From Candidatus Fimenecus sp. (lineage in GTDB: Bacteria; Bacillota; Clostridia; Oscillospirales; Acutalibacteraceae): 35,685 nucleotides of DNA. The notes beneath the pieces are model-generated. The model saw nothing but the letters and a program-made list of their open reading frames with translations. It had not been told where the DNA came from and ran no database searches. Position numbers and translations under genes: made by a program. This document shows, in pieces, positions 34,934-35,685 of this stretch (the first letter of the stretch is position 1; each line of letters begins with the position of its first letter). The DNA is taken from the NCBI GenBank assembly GCA_045641425.1, contig JAZUGZ010000171.1, forward strand, positions 1-35,685, read 5' to 3'.

Positions 34934-35685
34934 CTAAAATTCAAAAAATTCTATTACACTTTTAATTGCCAGCTCCATAGAAGCAGGATTTTTGAATCTG
35001 TGGTCTGCATTTTCTACTGTTATGAACTCAATTACATTATTCTCGGCAAAGCTTTTGCTAACTTCAAATGGCACGACTTCGTCTTTTGTTCCGTGAAGAA
35101 TTAAAATATCATCTGCAAAGTCAATAAAATCTATTTTCTGAATATCATTTGTTTTTAAGTCATCTAAAAACTGACTGTTAACATCAATTTTTCGGTCAAA
35201 TCCAACTTTAACTGGCTTACCTTTTGCTATTAAATCTAACTCGTCATTTTTGATAATAGTTTTAGTTAAAATATCTGCCATATTAACAGCCGGGCAACGC
35301 AAAGCGATTTTTGTAAATGGATTTTTATGCTCCGAAATATATTTAAGCACTAAATACCCACCAAAGCTTGTGGCGTAAGAGTAAATCTCATTTACTCCCA
35401 TTTCTGTATTTATATAGTCAATAACTAATTCCATATATGTAATACAGTCAGAAAGCACCATTTTCTTTTTAACATCATCCCCATGGCAAGGTAAATTGAA
35501 AATCAAAACGGCAATTCCCTTATATTTATTTAGCACTCTTTCGGCAAATTTTTGAGCCGCAGCATTGTCTTTATGCCCTGCAAAACCGTGGCTATAAAGA
35601 ACTACCTTTTTAATGTCAGTACCTTTATTAAAATAAAGCTTGCAACGAACATTTTGCCCATTTTTATTTATTTCAAAATACTTTT
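34934..35685 (-). CDS. Alpha/beta hydrolase (partial; N-terminus lies beyond the window end)
   Basis: The track starts at an internal GTG (35536), but the frame stays open to the window edge. Hand translation gives ...KYFEINKNGQNVRCKLYFNKGTDIKKVVLYSHGFAGHKDNAAAQKFAERVLNKYK.... HGF oxyanion motif, nucleophile elbow ATSFGG, and HGTKDE and ADHRF as the Asp/His candidates. Confidence 0.78.
   Translation of the reverse strand, partial: KYFEINKNGQNVRCKLYFNKGTDIKKVVLYSHGFAGHKDNAAAQKFAERVLNKYKGIAVLIFNLPCHGDDVKKKMVLSDCITYMELVIDYINTEMGVNEIYSYATSFGGYLVLKYISEHKNPFTKIALRCPAVNMADILTKTIIKNDELDLIAKGKPVKVGFDRKIDVNSQFLDDLKTNDIQKIDFIDFADDILILHGTKDEVVPFEVSKSFAENNVIEFITVENADHRFKNPASMELAIKSVIEFFEF

Noticed and set aside
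1-35685. Looked for rRNA or tRNA genes, CRISPR arrays, IS elements, integrases, phage genes, toxin-antitoxin pairs and long inverted repeats flanking promoters (invertons)
   Set aside because: The intergenic regions are short and are explained by terminators and promoters. No recombinase or transposase motifs appear in any ORF, and no spacer-repeat periodicity was seen. A computational scan (tRNAscan, Infernal/Rfam, an inverted-repeat finder) would be needed to rule out small RNAs formally.

Overview
35.7-kb chromosomal segment from an AT-rich, Firmicutes/Clostridia-like genome. That origin is inferred from GGAGG-type RBSs, lipoprotein lipoboxes, rny-ymdB synteny and the gene content. I support 29 protein-coding genes, most on the minus strand. 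Two are cut by the window edges: 1..594 is missing from the ORF track, and 34934..35685 is under-called there. Many track ORFs start at upstream TTG/GTG codons, so I moved those starts to the RBS-supported ATG.

Content from left to right:
(a) A secreted protein and a DUF3592-like membrane protein, divergent from a two-component system: a LytS-type His_kinase sensor plus a REC-SARP-like winged-helix regulator.
(b) A glf plus GT2 galactofuranose module, a DUF4097 protein, a YhfW-like FAD/Rieske oxidoreductase and a MATE exporter.
(c) A housekeeping string on the minus strand: rny, ymdB, an orphan family-5 SBP lipoprotein, recG, a small HTH protein and a membrane-anchored esterase.
(d) A glycoside-utilisation locus: a GPH transporter with a translationally coupled LRR lipoprotein, an FGGY kinase, a TetR regulator, a PfkB kinase, GH4, a GH36-like enzyme, a domain-permuted surface-anchored GH3 and a second GPH transporter.
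(e) alaA, a YbiR-like permease, an acyltransferase-3, a metallophosphoesterase and an alpha/beta hydrolase.

I saw no rRNA, tRNA, CRISPR array, transposase, integrase, phage gene or recognisable defence genes.

The two most interesting signals:
(1) A 22-bp element made of two 11-bp-phased TTTTGTTAGG direct repeats occurs twice. Both copies have the same 9-nt spacing to a -10 box. The element is a likely operator for the adjacent SARP-type response regulator and would define a small regulon.
(2) The sugar locus combines a GH4 enzyme carrying an unusual CDAP active-site motif with two cytoplasmic sugar kinases and GPH permeases but no PTS. This suggests a PTS-independent route: import, phosphorylate, then cleave the phospho-glycoside.

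All family calls come from motif recognition by eye. None has been checked by a database search.
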